This document shows positions 48,676 to 60,489 of a DNA stretch of 64,000 nucleotides, piece by piece. Each line of letters starts with the position of its first letter. The first letter of the stretch is position 1. Position numbers and translations under genes: made by a program. The notes under the pieces were generated by a model that was given only the letters and a program-made list of their open reading frames with translations, searched no databases and was not told where the DNA came from. The stretch is from Takakia lepidozioides (lineage: Eukaryota; Plantae; Bryophyta), in assembly GCA_030704615.1 (NCBI GenBank), contig CM060734.1:35526001-35590000 (forward strand). The letters are read 5' to 3'.

Positions 48676-49214
48676 CGTTGCAGCTCGATCCTTCCTCCAC
48701 ACAAGTCTGTAGATCTGCTCGAGGAGAAGAGAAGAGAAGAGAGGAGAGGATTAGTACTGTGTTCGCGGACAGGCACATAAGCCGCCGCTCCCACCGTTGC
48801 TCCTAGGGTTAGGGTTAGGGCTAGGGGTTTCTCCCAAACCCCCTTTTAAACCCTTTTATTCTAGGGACGACTCCTCAAAGAGAAAATCACAAATATCAGT
48901 CCTGAACAAGCTCTTACATTATTCCTAGTGCAGCTCTGCAACTTTTTCTTTGATTATTTTCTTGATTAATTTGATTAATTCCTTGCTCCGTTCCTCTTCC
49001 CGTAAATATTCTGAACAATTAACTCTCTTTTTTTAATCTTAGGTCAAAGTTAATATTAAAACTTGCTGTGTAGTTTCTGGTAGCAAAACGTTCATGGAAT
49101 CCTAACCCTGGTGTCGTAGCTTCCCTGCTCGGTTACAGTGTGTGGCGTCTTGTGTGATCGGAGGGTTGGAGAAGGAGCGTTGCAGAGGTTGAGCGATCGG
49201 TTGAGCCGGCTACC
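48676..49214. promoter_or_regulatory. Compact divergent promoter region between FIB and ARP4, with telo-box-like repeats
   Basis: The two ATGs are 540 bp apart, head-to-head. TAGGGTTAGGGTTAGGGCTAGGGG occurs at ~48804-48827 and CCTAACCCT at 49101. Confidence 0.6.
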
Positions 49215-52200
49215 ATGTATGGAGGCGGTAAGTTGTTCGGGGCCCCTGAAAACCAACAGCATTTTTCATCATCCGTAAACTCAAGGATCCCGCAGGATGT
49301 CGTTACCTGGTGTTGAGGTTAGTTGTGTGAGGGTGCAGATGAGGTATCGGCTATAGTTTTGGACTTGGGGTCGCATACGTGCAAGGCTGGCTACGCAGGC
49401 GAAGATGGACCCAAAGCTGTGTTCCCCTCTGTAAGTTGAAGCCCCTCTCTCCATCTCTCTTTTCAAGACGAAGGTGATAGTAACAAGCCTACGAGCCCCT
49501 TTTTTTTTTTTCTTTCCCCGATGAACACTCAATTTCCAGACCTGGTTATCAGTGAATCCTGCTGGCATGGCACCGTCAGGGTAGATTCGCAGCCTCGTCA
49601 ATCGGAAACCCATGCCGACCTCACGGGGGTTTAATATTTATGTCATTAGCGAGCTAATAGCCAACACATAGACGAAGTGGTCGATCATTATGATAGCTTC
49701 GGCTGCGGTATCATGCCAGAATCCGCAGTATTATACGGTGCTGTGGCTATCCCTTTTGCCTACCTACCAGAAAGCATCGTGACAATTTTGATTTGGTATC
49801 AGGTATGTTTAATATGTAATTCTGCCACCCGTATCTCATTTCGGAGTAAGAAGCCCCGAGTAACGAAGCAGGTTGGGGATATCCATCTAGGGTGTAGAAG
49901 GCAGCGTCTGCTAGCTATTGAACTATTGAACTTTTTTGTTGTCAAATGATTGGGCAGATTGGGAGAAAATCCTGGCCCCTTGAAGTGAAAGACTGCATGG
50001 TTAATTATCTTTGGAGTGTTACCCACACGTCACATCAAAAATGTACTCTTTAAGACGTTCATAGTTGACAGAAATAGAACTAATTGAAAGATGAGACAAC
50101 AGTAGCTGAAACCCTATCCTTTGGAAAAACTTGACAAAATTGACCATCAGTTGTGTGTGGTCACCTGGACAGGTGGTAGGAACAGTGGAACAGATAGTGG
50201 GAGATGGTGGTGGCGACACAGACATGGAGGCAAAGGCAGGGGCGAAACCTGGAGAAACTGAGAAAGCAAAAGCAGGGAGGAGACTTTATGCGGGAATCCA
50301 AGCACTTGGCTACCGTCGGGATCATATGGAGGTATAGCCCCTGGTTCCTTTGAATTTGGTTGAGTTTGCTCAAGTCTTCAGGTTCTGGTACTGGATGGCC
50401 TCTTCCATGTTCTTAGATGTAGCCATAGGCCTTGTAGCATTTAACATGACTCTAAGATCTATCAGTGAGCTTTGAGCAATTTTGATACTTCTAGCAGGTT
50501 TTGGGACATATACCTAGGAGAGTGGGCTCCCTGATTAGTTGGTTGGTGCTGATAGTGGGGAGTTTGCTGGCTTTGAAGTGAGTTGTATGTGGTCTATATG
50601 GGAGCTCTGCCTCATGCCAACGTGGAAATGTGAGCAGTATGAGTAGAAACTGATTTGTTCTGTACTAAATTGTGTGGTCTGTGAGCTTACAGGTGGTGCC
50701 AGCTATGAAAGATGGACTCATTGCAGACTGGGATATCGTGGAGAGTATTTGGGATCATGCCCTACGGTAACTGTCGGATACTAGTGTGCTCTTGTCATCT
50801 AGGTGATATTTGTAGAACTCCTGAAAAGAATCTCTTTTTCTCTCCTATTGGGATCTGTGAAACATTCAATTGAAAGTAGTGCCTAGAAAAATTCTGGAGG
50901 GAAGAGATCAAGATAGAATTTGTCAAGGCCTTCACCCTTTATCCAATCGCTTCAGGATATTCCTCTTGCTTGGGTGATGCAAGAAGTGAGGTTGAAAGAG
51001 CGGACCCTTGGGAGTTTTGCCACTTCTGTGGCTGATAAGATCGTTGGAAGGAAACTAATAGTATATGGAAGAGGTGGACCAAATGAGATCAAGCTCAAGA
51101 TCATCAAGAGACGGGCGCTTCATAGGAACTGCTGTAATGTCAAAGGTGACAACTGTGGTCTAGATTTTACCAGCTGCGAAAAGATAGTAAAGGCGGCTAG
51201 TAAAGGCTCAGAAGAAAATATATTGGAGTTGTACCCTGACATTAACTTGAACCACCACAGTGTTAATCCCGGCTCCAAGCTAAAGACTCTGTCAAAGGTA
51301 ATATGCTCATTTTGATAGGATGCATTGTTGCTCTCAACTTGTACCCAGGCCTCATTTGAGTGGAGAATTTGGTCTTAGGAAGGTGTCTGTTTTCCCTTCT
51401 GTAGATGAGTTATCTTTATATACCAGGGTCATGAATTACTTCTTCTCTTGGCCATTTTACAGAAACTTCAGTAATAGACCCGTGCTCCCTCAAGGCTCCT
51501 AGATGCTCCCAAGGTATGGTTATTCTAACAGCCTTAGCTTAGCTTCCACCACAGCCTCCTGTAGACATGGCAACAATCACCAAAGCTCTACAAACGTCAT
51601 ATCACTATTGCACTTATAACAGACAAAGATTATCATCTCTCTGGGAAGCTGTTGATGGAAGACATTGTCTGGTGGTGAGCAGAGATCGTCTTATGATAGA
51701 CCCAAAGGAGCACCCCATGTTGCTGGCGGAGCCTTCGTTCAACACACAGCAACACCGTGAAAAGTTTGTCCTTTCTCATCTCTTTAGTCTGTGATATCAT
51801 CTATCCTCAAAACTGTGGCAATGGGAGGTTTGTCTGTGGACATGTCTACAAGAGTTCTTTCCTCTTTCTCCCCCCTCTCCTGGGTATCAATGGACATTCT
51901 GATTTTCTCCACCTCTCTGTCGCCATTGAGTACTTACTCCTCCTATGTCCTTCCCACATGGTTGTCTTCATGGTTCTTAGACAAACTAAGGAGGGCAGGA
52001 TCTAATGCCTTAAAGTAGCCAGTCATTCAGCCACTTTCAAAGTACTTACGAAATCCTACTTGTAATGGTTGTTTCATATCCTGCTGGTATGTTCATCAAA
52101 TCTTCCCTATATGCATTTCCTATAACATTTGAAGGATGGTTTATGCATGAGATAGTGACCCTAGCAAACCTAATAGAGGAAGGTGGGGTTTGGTGGTGTC

Positions 52201-55200
52201 GAGCAGGACTGTGGAGCTCATGTTTGAGAAATATGGTGTACCAGCTTTGTTTCTGGCCAAAAATGCGGTATTATTTTTGTACCTCAAATTTGTTCCAAAG
52301 AGGTTTGTTGGATTTGCTCAAATGTCGTCACTGTCGTTCCTCTGTTTTCTGAATCCCATTTGTACAAATTTATGGTAGGGTGAGAGATGTCCCAATTTGA
52401 CTGATCTCGCTACAACCTCGGGACTAAGTACTCCAACTGAAATAGGATTAAATTGAGGGCAGTTGGGTGTGGGCAGTTCTCATGAATAGTCGTAGAAAGA
52501 TGTTGACGCCGGTCTGTGTGGGCAGGTGCTGACATCATTTGCATCAGGGCGAGCGACGTCACTAGTTGTGGACTGGTCAGACTGCATACCTGGTCTGTTT
52601 CTGTTGATAAGAGTTTTTCCTTGCACTGCAATGCTATTGTCTGCATTTCTATTCATCTGAATCCTGTAATGGGAGTTTCTTGCACTACTTCAGCAAGGAT
52701 GACAATGGTGCCTCTTGTTCTCCTTACTCTTTCCTGGCTCCTCATTGTCGCGTTTGAATTTCTTCATCATCTGGAAATCTCATACTATTTCACCCTCACA
52801 TCCTCTCGTGTCCTCTTAAGTCCACCCTTGTTAGCATACTCACCTGAAGTTGCCAAGTGTAAATGATGCAAATATACATGTCCTAGAGGGACGTAGGCAA
52901 TTGTGCCCATTGATCTAGAATTGAGCTAGCAGGGAGGGGGAGAGAGCTATAGTCTAATCTGAAAGGTGGAGGGAACGTGGTGTATGGTGGCAGTGGAGGT
53001 GGATCTACAACTGTCGCAGCTGTGCATGATGGCTATGTCCTTCAGAAGGTACATGTTCCGCTGTGTGTTTGTGATGGTACTTTTCATCTTGTATGGTCAC
53101 AGTGGATTCTAATTATGTTCGCTGGGTGGTCACAGGCCATTGTCAGATCTCCTATTGGAGGAGAAGTGCTTACTGACTGCCTCCTGAAGACTTTACAAAG
53201 CAGGGGCATTCCAGTAAGTCCCTTTCCCTCTAACCTGTATGTGTTGGTTTCCTTGTTTAGTTTTCAATTAGCGTGTGGGAAACTTGGATTGATATATCTA
53301 ACTTTGCATTGTTGTATAGATCAAACCACGCTTTTCATTCAAGCGGAAAGAGGTGGCCGTGGGGGATTTTGAGGTTTGTGATACTTCTTTCTGATGCGGC
53401 CTCTCTCTCTCTCCAAAGCTAGCTTTAGGCTTACAATCTTTCCTAAAAGGTTGCAAACCTTGAACCCCACAGGGCTCGCAGCCAGGGTCCTCAAAACATC
53501 TATCAGGCTCCATACAGCAGGCTTCAAGTCCCTCCTGGTATGCTCGGGTGTGCAATTTTTTTTTAGCGCAATGGACTCTTTGTTGCTTCCCTCTTTGTTG
53601 CTGCAAAATACAGAAGGGGTGGAAATCGCGTCCAAACAGGATGGCAACAGACTGATCAGAAGAGAACTTCTGGAGCTTATGTCAGGCGAACATGGAAGCC
53701 GGCCACTCTAACAACAAGACTCCATTTCTACCAAGAGACATTCTTAGTTCTCTGTGATTGTAGATCTTGCGGTCTAACTATTTATCTGCACCTTTGTCTC
53801 CCTCTCTTCTGGGGGCTTTGGGTCGATTCAGGGTGGGCTCTCACAATTTACGGATAGAGACTGGTAGGTGGGAAAACTTGCTGCGAGAAGACTGCCTATG
53901 CCCAGCATGCACTGTGCCCAATTGATGTATTGAAACTAAAGAACGCTTCTTCTTTCACTGCCCTCTTTACTATGAGATCCGTGGGAAATTCCACTGTCTA
54001 TTCCCTGAAACCCAATCTCTTACAGAAGTCTTCCATTATGAGGATCAGAAATGCTTGGCAGCTTATCTGCACGAAGCTTTGACCCTTAGACAATCCCTTG
54101 AGCAGTAGTTGCTTTTGGGCTGCTTCTGGCTTCACTCTATGTTCTATTCTCTTTCTTGTTACATGTTTTTCTTTTGTCCCATAAGCTCTTTGAGCTTTCT
54201 GCGGATATTATAAAGTTCCGTTTCATTTCATTTCTCCTTTTTTCTCTCTCTCTCTAAATCTCTCTCTTTGTGTGCTTGTTCCGCTCAAACTGGGCGTGGG
54301 GTCAATGGCCACAAGGCTACGGCAAACAACGTCTTATGAGTACATTCTCTTTGTGTGCCGTCTTATGAGTACTTTGTGTGCTTGTTTCAACACAGCTTGC
54401 TAACCTCCCAATATTGTGCGGTTTGTTGACCGTATTGTGACCTTTGGTACCATGTGCACATTTGCTGATTGCCAGGTGATGAACCTGGAGCTGCCATACA
54501 CAACTGAAAGTTACTACAGATACATGCAGGTATGAAAGGCATAAACACTCTCATACGTATTTGTAGGCCATACTGAGTGGAATATTTCATGATTTTCAGG
54601 GGTTGAACACCACTTTTAACTTACATTTATGTAATTCTGTCTTCTTTTGTCTTCTTTTTCTTCTTGTTCTTATCCCCTCATATGTTTACTTTTTTTGGTC
54701 TTCTTTGGCTTGTTTCCTCGCACTTTTTATAAGTGATAGCCAACAACAAAACTAAGTTTTACTGTTACTTCTGGAAATGTGACAAACTCAGTATGTTGGT
54801 TGTGTTCTGTGAATAAACCTATACCCACTGTCGGAGCTGATGAAGTAGGTGGGGAAGTGATGGAAGCATGCAAACTGTCGTCTTTTTCTTCTTTGTTCTT
54901 ATCCCCTCATGTATCTTCTTTTTCTTTTTTTACTTTTTTTGGTCTTCTTTGGCTGTTTCCTCGCACTTTTTATATAAGTGATAGCCAACAACATGACTGA
55001 GTTTTACTGTTATTTCTGGAAATGTGACAGAAACTCAGTATGTTGGTTGTGCTCTGTGCATAAACCTATACCCACTGTCGGAGCTGATAAAGTAGGTGGG
55101 GAATTGATGGAAGCTTGTCACTACCATATATGTTTTTGTCTCCTCTTGGTCCATGTATTGGTGAGAGACAGTCACCAAGTCGATCCCGCAATTCTCAGTT

Positions 55201-58200
55201 TACGGGTTCAAAAGATGAACCCGTGTTTGTTGTTTTGTTTATATCTGTGTTTATTTTGTCCTTGCTTCTTTATTTTCCTTTTTACTGTTTTGTTGTCTCT
55301 TTTTCATTTGCACGAGTTTTCTCTTCCTGTACAATCCCTCTGACTGTTCATTAGATGTTCTTAGTACTTTGTTTTTGGCTACCTTTAATTGTACTTACGG
55401 AGATATCTCGGTACTTGTAGAAGGATATTTTCCGTTCGTGTAAATTTTCAGACCCTCAGCAGTCACTTACTTGGATCCCCACCTGATTTACCTTATAAGT
55501 TTATCTGTAGCTGGCTCCTAGGGCCCTGATAGCCTGTCTTTGAGGGCTGACATCTGCTGACATCTGACATTGTGAGAGATTGCAGAGAGCCATCGCAGCT
55601 GACGTTAAAGAAGCAGTTTGCCGTGTACCAGACACAGCATTTGATGGTACTCTCTCCGTGTCTGTATTTGGATTTGGTTATTCTGTCAGGTTAAAGCATC
55701 TTTAACCCTCACTGGGAGGGTCACAGGAACTGTGTTCTCCATGTCAAAGCCACTGGATGCTAGGTTCTTGTTGTCTTGTTCTATATGAGGGCAGGGTTGA
55801 ATTTACTCCATCCAGGCCCCCCCTCTTCCTCTAAATTGTTTCTAAATTGTAAGTTCGTATTTAATTAAGTAAGAATATATATTTTTTGGACAAACTGTCA
55901 GAGTTGTACTCAATGAAGGAAGAATGAGAATGGGTGTGTCCACTGATGGGTCCTGGTTGGTGGCAGATAATTCATATGCCAACATTCCTACAACTCCCTA
56001 TGAGCTGCCGGATGGCCAGTACGACTCTCTGGGCCTTCCCTTTCAGTTGTCCATGCTTTCAACTGTTCTTGTTAGAGGTATCAGAGATGGGTCTCTCTAT
56101 CTCTCCCCCTCCCCTACCCCTTCTAACTGATTTTCAACTGTGGAATCGGCACATTCTAACTGGGTTGGTGGTGGTCTTTGGATGGATGGTTAGGATGATA
56201 GAGGTCGGATCTGACCGCTTCAAAATTCCTGACCTTATGTTCAACCCTTCTCTTATCCAGGTAATTCATGTCTTAGTCACATCTTACAGTTCACAACTAG
56301 TTATGGTCCATCAACCTCGGTCATGAGCAGTTTTTTCACTTTTTTCCCTGTGCGTGAACTGTATTTGAAATCTGATAGTTGTTCTGGGGAGTGGCACAGA
56401 CCGTTCCAGGTATGGAAAAATTTTGTGCTGAGGCTGGTTCAACTCTCCATGGGCTGCCTCAAATGGTGAGCATCTACCAATTCTGGGGGCAGTTTGCCTT
56501 TTATTGCTGAGATAAATGTGCGCTGTGTAGGAAACAATCTGGCAATGTTCGTCGCGTGTTGAATAGAGGGGACTCCAGAAAGGAAACAAACAGAAACTAT
56601 CTATGTTTACTATCCCTTGGAGGAACTGCTGACTTAAAAGTGGACTTCTATCAGGTGATTGAGAGCATAAACAAGTGTGATGTGGACATACGCAGAGAGC
56701 TGTTTAGCAGCATTTTGGTAAGCTAGTTCATTCCCGGTTTTTCTGTAGTCTGCCTGGTTTAATCTTGCAATTGGAGGCATAAGCGAGTTCTTTCTTGCAT
56801 TAGCCTGTTTATCTTTCTCCCTTGTTTTCTTCGAGATGTGTCGTTGGCTGTGATTTGAAAGTTGTATCGTGGGAAAGAGTCATGGAACTAAAGTGCGGCG
56901 GGCACATTGTCCTGGTCACACACCCTGGTAAAAAGTACCCACCTTCTATCATGCGGCAGTAGCTCGATGCAATCAAGGGGGCACTGGCGCCAGGAATGGC
57001 TTGCCTACATTGGTGATGACCTGTTTGCTTGTTTGATGGGGTGGGGTGATAGCTTGCAGGGGGCACTGCGGCTATGCAACAAATGAAGGAGCGTTTGGAG
57101 AAGGATTTGATGGAGGTAGATCTTCCAGGATGAAATATGTTGTGATGTGGGGGTGTTTCAAATCTGAATCAGTGGTGGAAACCCAACCCTTGATACAGAC
57201 GATGTGCTATCTATGGTGGCTAGGTCTAGGGTTTGATTTTGGATTAATCATTGAAGATTCTTCATTCAGTATGGTTGGTTGTGTTGTGATGTGATGGCGT
57301 CTGCAGGAGGCACCTCAAGCAGCAAGGGTGAAAGTACTGGCCAGTGGCAACGCCATTGAGCGTCGTTTTAGGTGTCTCTCTCTCTCTCTCTGGTTCCGCC
57401 TCTGGTCTTGTGGGATCAAGGGAAAGATGTGGAGAGTTGTCCACAACTTGTATGCTCACACCAAAAGCTGTGTCACTGTTAACAGACAGAAGTCCAACTT
57501 CTTTGACATAGACCAAGGTGTAGCTCAAGGATGTACTCTCTCCCCTCTGCTCTTCAATGTTTTCATCAATCAACTCCTCGAGGATGTGGAAAGTGAGGGA
57601 TTTGGGTTAAGGGTGGGTGATACCACCATACCAGCCCTTATGTTTGCGGATGACTTCGCAGGCATAGGGGAGACTCCAACCAATCTCCAGGAGTTGATTG
57701 ATTGCGCGAAGAGATACTTTGATCTTTGGGGGCTAGAGGCTAATGTCAGCAAATGTGCAGTGGTAGCATTCAACGACAGGGGAGGGAGGAAGTGATCTTA
57801 AGTGGCAGTGGGGTAGCCAAGAGATCCCGGTCCTCCCTTCCTACACTTACCTGGGCGTTGAGTTTTCCTCCAATTGTAATTGGGATGCACATATCCGGAA
57901 AGTTGTTCAACTGGCAAGGGCAAAGCTCTGGGGCTCACTAAATTTTTCCACTGCAGAGGGGTCAACTCTGAGGTTAAGAAAACCATGCTTTGTCGCGTTA
58001 TTAGACCTGCCTTGGAGTACGGATCTGCAATATGGGTTGATAACTCCAACCAGGCTAAGTCTCTAGAATCCATTCAAGTGGGGGTGCTTAAGGAGTGTAT
58101 GTCAGCATGCTCCAAAACAGCCAATGTGGCTGTTCGGGGTGAGTTTGGCATTCCGTCCTTAAGCTCCCGACGAGATGAATTCAAGGTCAGATGGTGGGGT

Positions 58201-59948
58201 CAGCTGCAACATATGCCCAACACCAGATATCCTAAGTTAATCGACTCTATATCTTGGAAACAGGACCGCCCTGTCAAACAGGCTAAGTCCTGGCAGAAGA
58301 GAGTAGAAGAGATTCTCAAGGACCTGGACCTGGATCCGCAAGTCTTGACCCTGCTGGATAAATCTAACTTGGAGGCTGTAGTGTCCAAAGCCATGTCTGT
58401 TGCCATGAGATTGTCTGATGAAAATGAAGTTAGGCAGAAAACTTCCCTGAACTTGTTTCCAGTCAGTGACATGGGGGAGGACATCTTGGATGACCTCAAG
58501 GGTCTACCCACTCTCGGCACTAGACTGAAATTTAAACTCAGGGCAGGAAGCCTACCTTTGAACAGCAAACAGAAGCAGAGGAAAGGTAGAGTGCAATTGC
58601 CCGTTGTGTGGGCAATCTGAAGACAGTATTCATTCTCTGATACACTGTCCGGGGTTCTCTCACCAAAGAGAAGCTCTCTTCAAATTTATCAAGGGAATTA
58701 TGCCTGTACCCCTGTTTACCAACTTTGAAAGTCTCAAGGCTGAGCCAAAATCTCAGGCCCTCCTGAGGCCTAGTTTTTGGGCAAATCACCCACAGCAGAT
58801 TGATGCTTGTGTGAAGGGATTTCTAGAGGATATCTGGAAAACCCGGATTAATTCTTACTACCAACATCAGCCCCTGACAGAGGTAGGTTCTGTCCCTTTT
58901 GTTCCCGCTCAAACTGGGCGCGGGGTCAATGGCCACAAGGCTACGGCAAACAACGTCTTATGAGTACAATCTCTCTCTCTCACAAATGGTGCTATACCAG
59001 CCCCAGTGGCACTCAATGTAGTGTAATCCAATTGTTGCCGACTTTGTGCAATTTCAGGCTTGGGCCCTTGGGCATGATTCTCACAAATACCATTCGATTG
59101 TGAGGACCAGGGGAGCTTCAGTCCATAGTCCTCAAACCCTTGCAAAACATTCGGAGTCTTTGTTCAGAGAGAGAGAGAGGGAGTAGAGTCCACTCATAGA
59201 CCATACATTTGTATGAGCTGCCCATGAGGACATAGTCTCACAACCCTCCTCTGGCAGTTATGAAGCTCCAGTGACGATTGCATAGCCAATGGCCATAGCA
59301 TCAAGGACACATTGCTCTGAAGACCAGTTAAACCTAACCTTGGCATGAAGACAAATTACATGTTCATTGGAAGAGTTACAGGATTTTGCAGTGAGATTTG
59401 GTGTGACACTTGTAGTCAAAGAGAAGACGAGTTTAAGGATTCGACTTGAATCAGCTAACTCGTGTCAATGTTTTGGGTTGGGTGGCAGTGTTTGGATAGG
59501 GGGCAGTATATTGGCCTCGTTGGGTTCTTTTCAGCAGATGTGGTTCTCTAAGTCAGAGTAAGTCTGTTGGAACTATCCAATTAGAAGATGTTTTGAACAG
59601 CAATGTTGAGGATTTGATTGCAAGACCAAAGCAATATCGATGTTGAAATCTACTTGCCATGTCCGCCTACAGTTGTTGCAGCACTAGTAGTCAATCTGTC
59701 TCACTTTCTCTTGTCTATTTGCCTTTTTGGTCTCATCTCTCTTTCTTCTCCACTTGAATTAATTATGAGGTTGTGCAGTCACAATAGTGCAACAGATGAT
59801 GTTTCTTGCTCTCTCTGCTCTGCTCAGAGGGTTTGTGTCAATTCAAAGTCTAATGAGTGTATCTGTCTCTCAGCTGTTGTGCCTTTGGCTGTCTTGAAAC
59901 AGGTATGAGGAGCATGGGCCAACTTATGTGCAAAGAAAATGTCCTTAG
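49215..59948 (+). CDS. ARP4: Actin-related protein 4. Exons: 49215-49227, 49339-49430, 50173-50331, 50693-50766, 51683-51763, 52207-52267, 52526-52575, 52994-53048, 53136-53213, 53320-53373, 54476-54529, 55586-55646, 55967-56018, 56194-56260, 56400-56465, 56655-56717, 57053-57115, 57307-57371, 59489-59557, 59903-59948
   Basis: [35 protein letters not shown]...[13 protein letters not shown]...VHDGYVLQK...YELPDGQ...[42 protein letters not shown]. All introns are GT-AG with consistent phases. Confidence 0.95.
53414..54235 (+). mobile_element. 5'-truncated RTEX-type LINE (family A) in ARP4 intron 10
   Basis: [32 protein letters not shown]...[19 protein letters not shown]...[17 protein letters not shown], a 3' stem-loop and a (CATTT)n tail. 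Flanked by CT repeats. Confidence 0.85.
54276..54345 (+). mobile_element. 3' end fragment of LINE family B
   Basis: Near-identical to 58900-58969 and followed by TCTCT. Confidence 0.85.
54640..55113. repeat. Tandem duplication of ~235 bp in ARP4 intron 11
   Basis: 54640-54867 and 54875-55113 share TTCTTATCCCCTCAT...GTGATAGCCAACAACA...ATACCCACTGTCGGAGCTGAT..AGTAGGTGGGGAA.TGATGGAAGC. Confidence 0.85.
57391..58969 (+). mobile_element. 5'-truncated non-LTR retrotransposon (family B, RTE/RTEX-like) in ARP4 intron 18
   Basis: RT motifs [45 protein letters not shown], and a C-terminal CPLC..E...H.LIHC. About 3 frameshifts. Flanked on both sides by (CT)n. Confidence 0.92.
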
Positions 59949-60489
59949 ATAAGAATTATACACTCTTTTCACACATGTATGACATAAAACTAATTACCGT
60001 GAAGTGAGAGTTGTGTCTGAGATGGAGGTTCCTCCTATAACGGATGACAGTGGCCAATTTTGAGGGTACATTCTGTGGAGAATGCGGTTGAAGAATTTCT
60101 CTTTTGTTGTGCATCAAAATTCTTTTAGAGATGGCTTTCATTGTACAATTCTTTTATGTTGAGCTGGTAGTTGTGCACAGTAGACACTACTACTATGACC
60201 ATGTACTAAAAAATCTGTTGTCTATAATGGGATCTATGAGACATTTTTGTTGTTTTCCCTTGTGCAACACAGGTCATTGCAGCATTAGCAACTTCTGAGT
60301 TTGGAACACCAGTTATTATGTGCTATGTGATGCGGGGAATGGGGGCTAGATGTGGTTTAAGCAATCGTATGTAATATGTATCCACTCAGTCCATCTTGCC
60401 CAGTGGGTTTCTCAGGCTTCTTCAGGGATATAAGAAGGATAAGGAAGCACTTTGTGGTACTAGCAGAGGCTTACTGCATGTGCCAGGTT

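Noticed and set aside
48430-48780. Pro/Ser-rich ORFs on the + strand
   Set aside because: Antisense shadows of the fibrillarin RGG exon.
50880-51320. 131-aa ORF in ARP4 intron 4
   Set aside because: No recognisable domain; possibly the antisense of a decayed LINE, too weak to call.
57328-57795. ARP4-reverse transcriptase fusion protein
   Set aside because: The ORF is read-through of the exon-18 donor into an intronic, frameshifted LINE; normal splicing to exon 19 completes ARP4.
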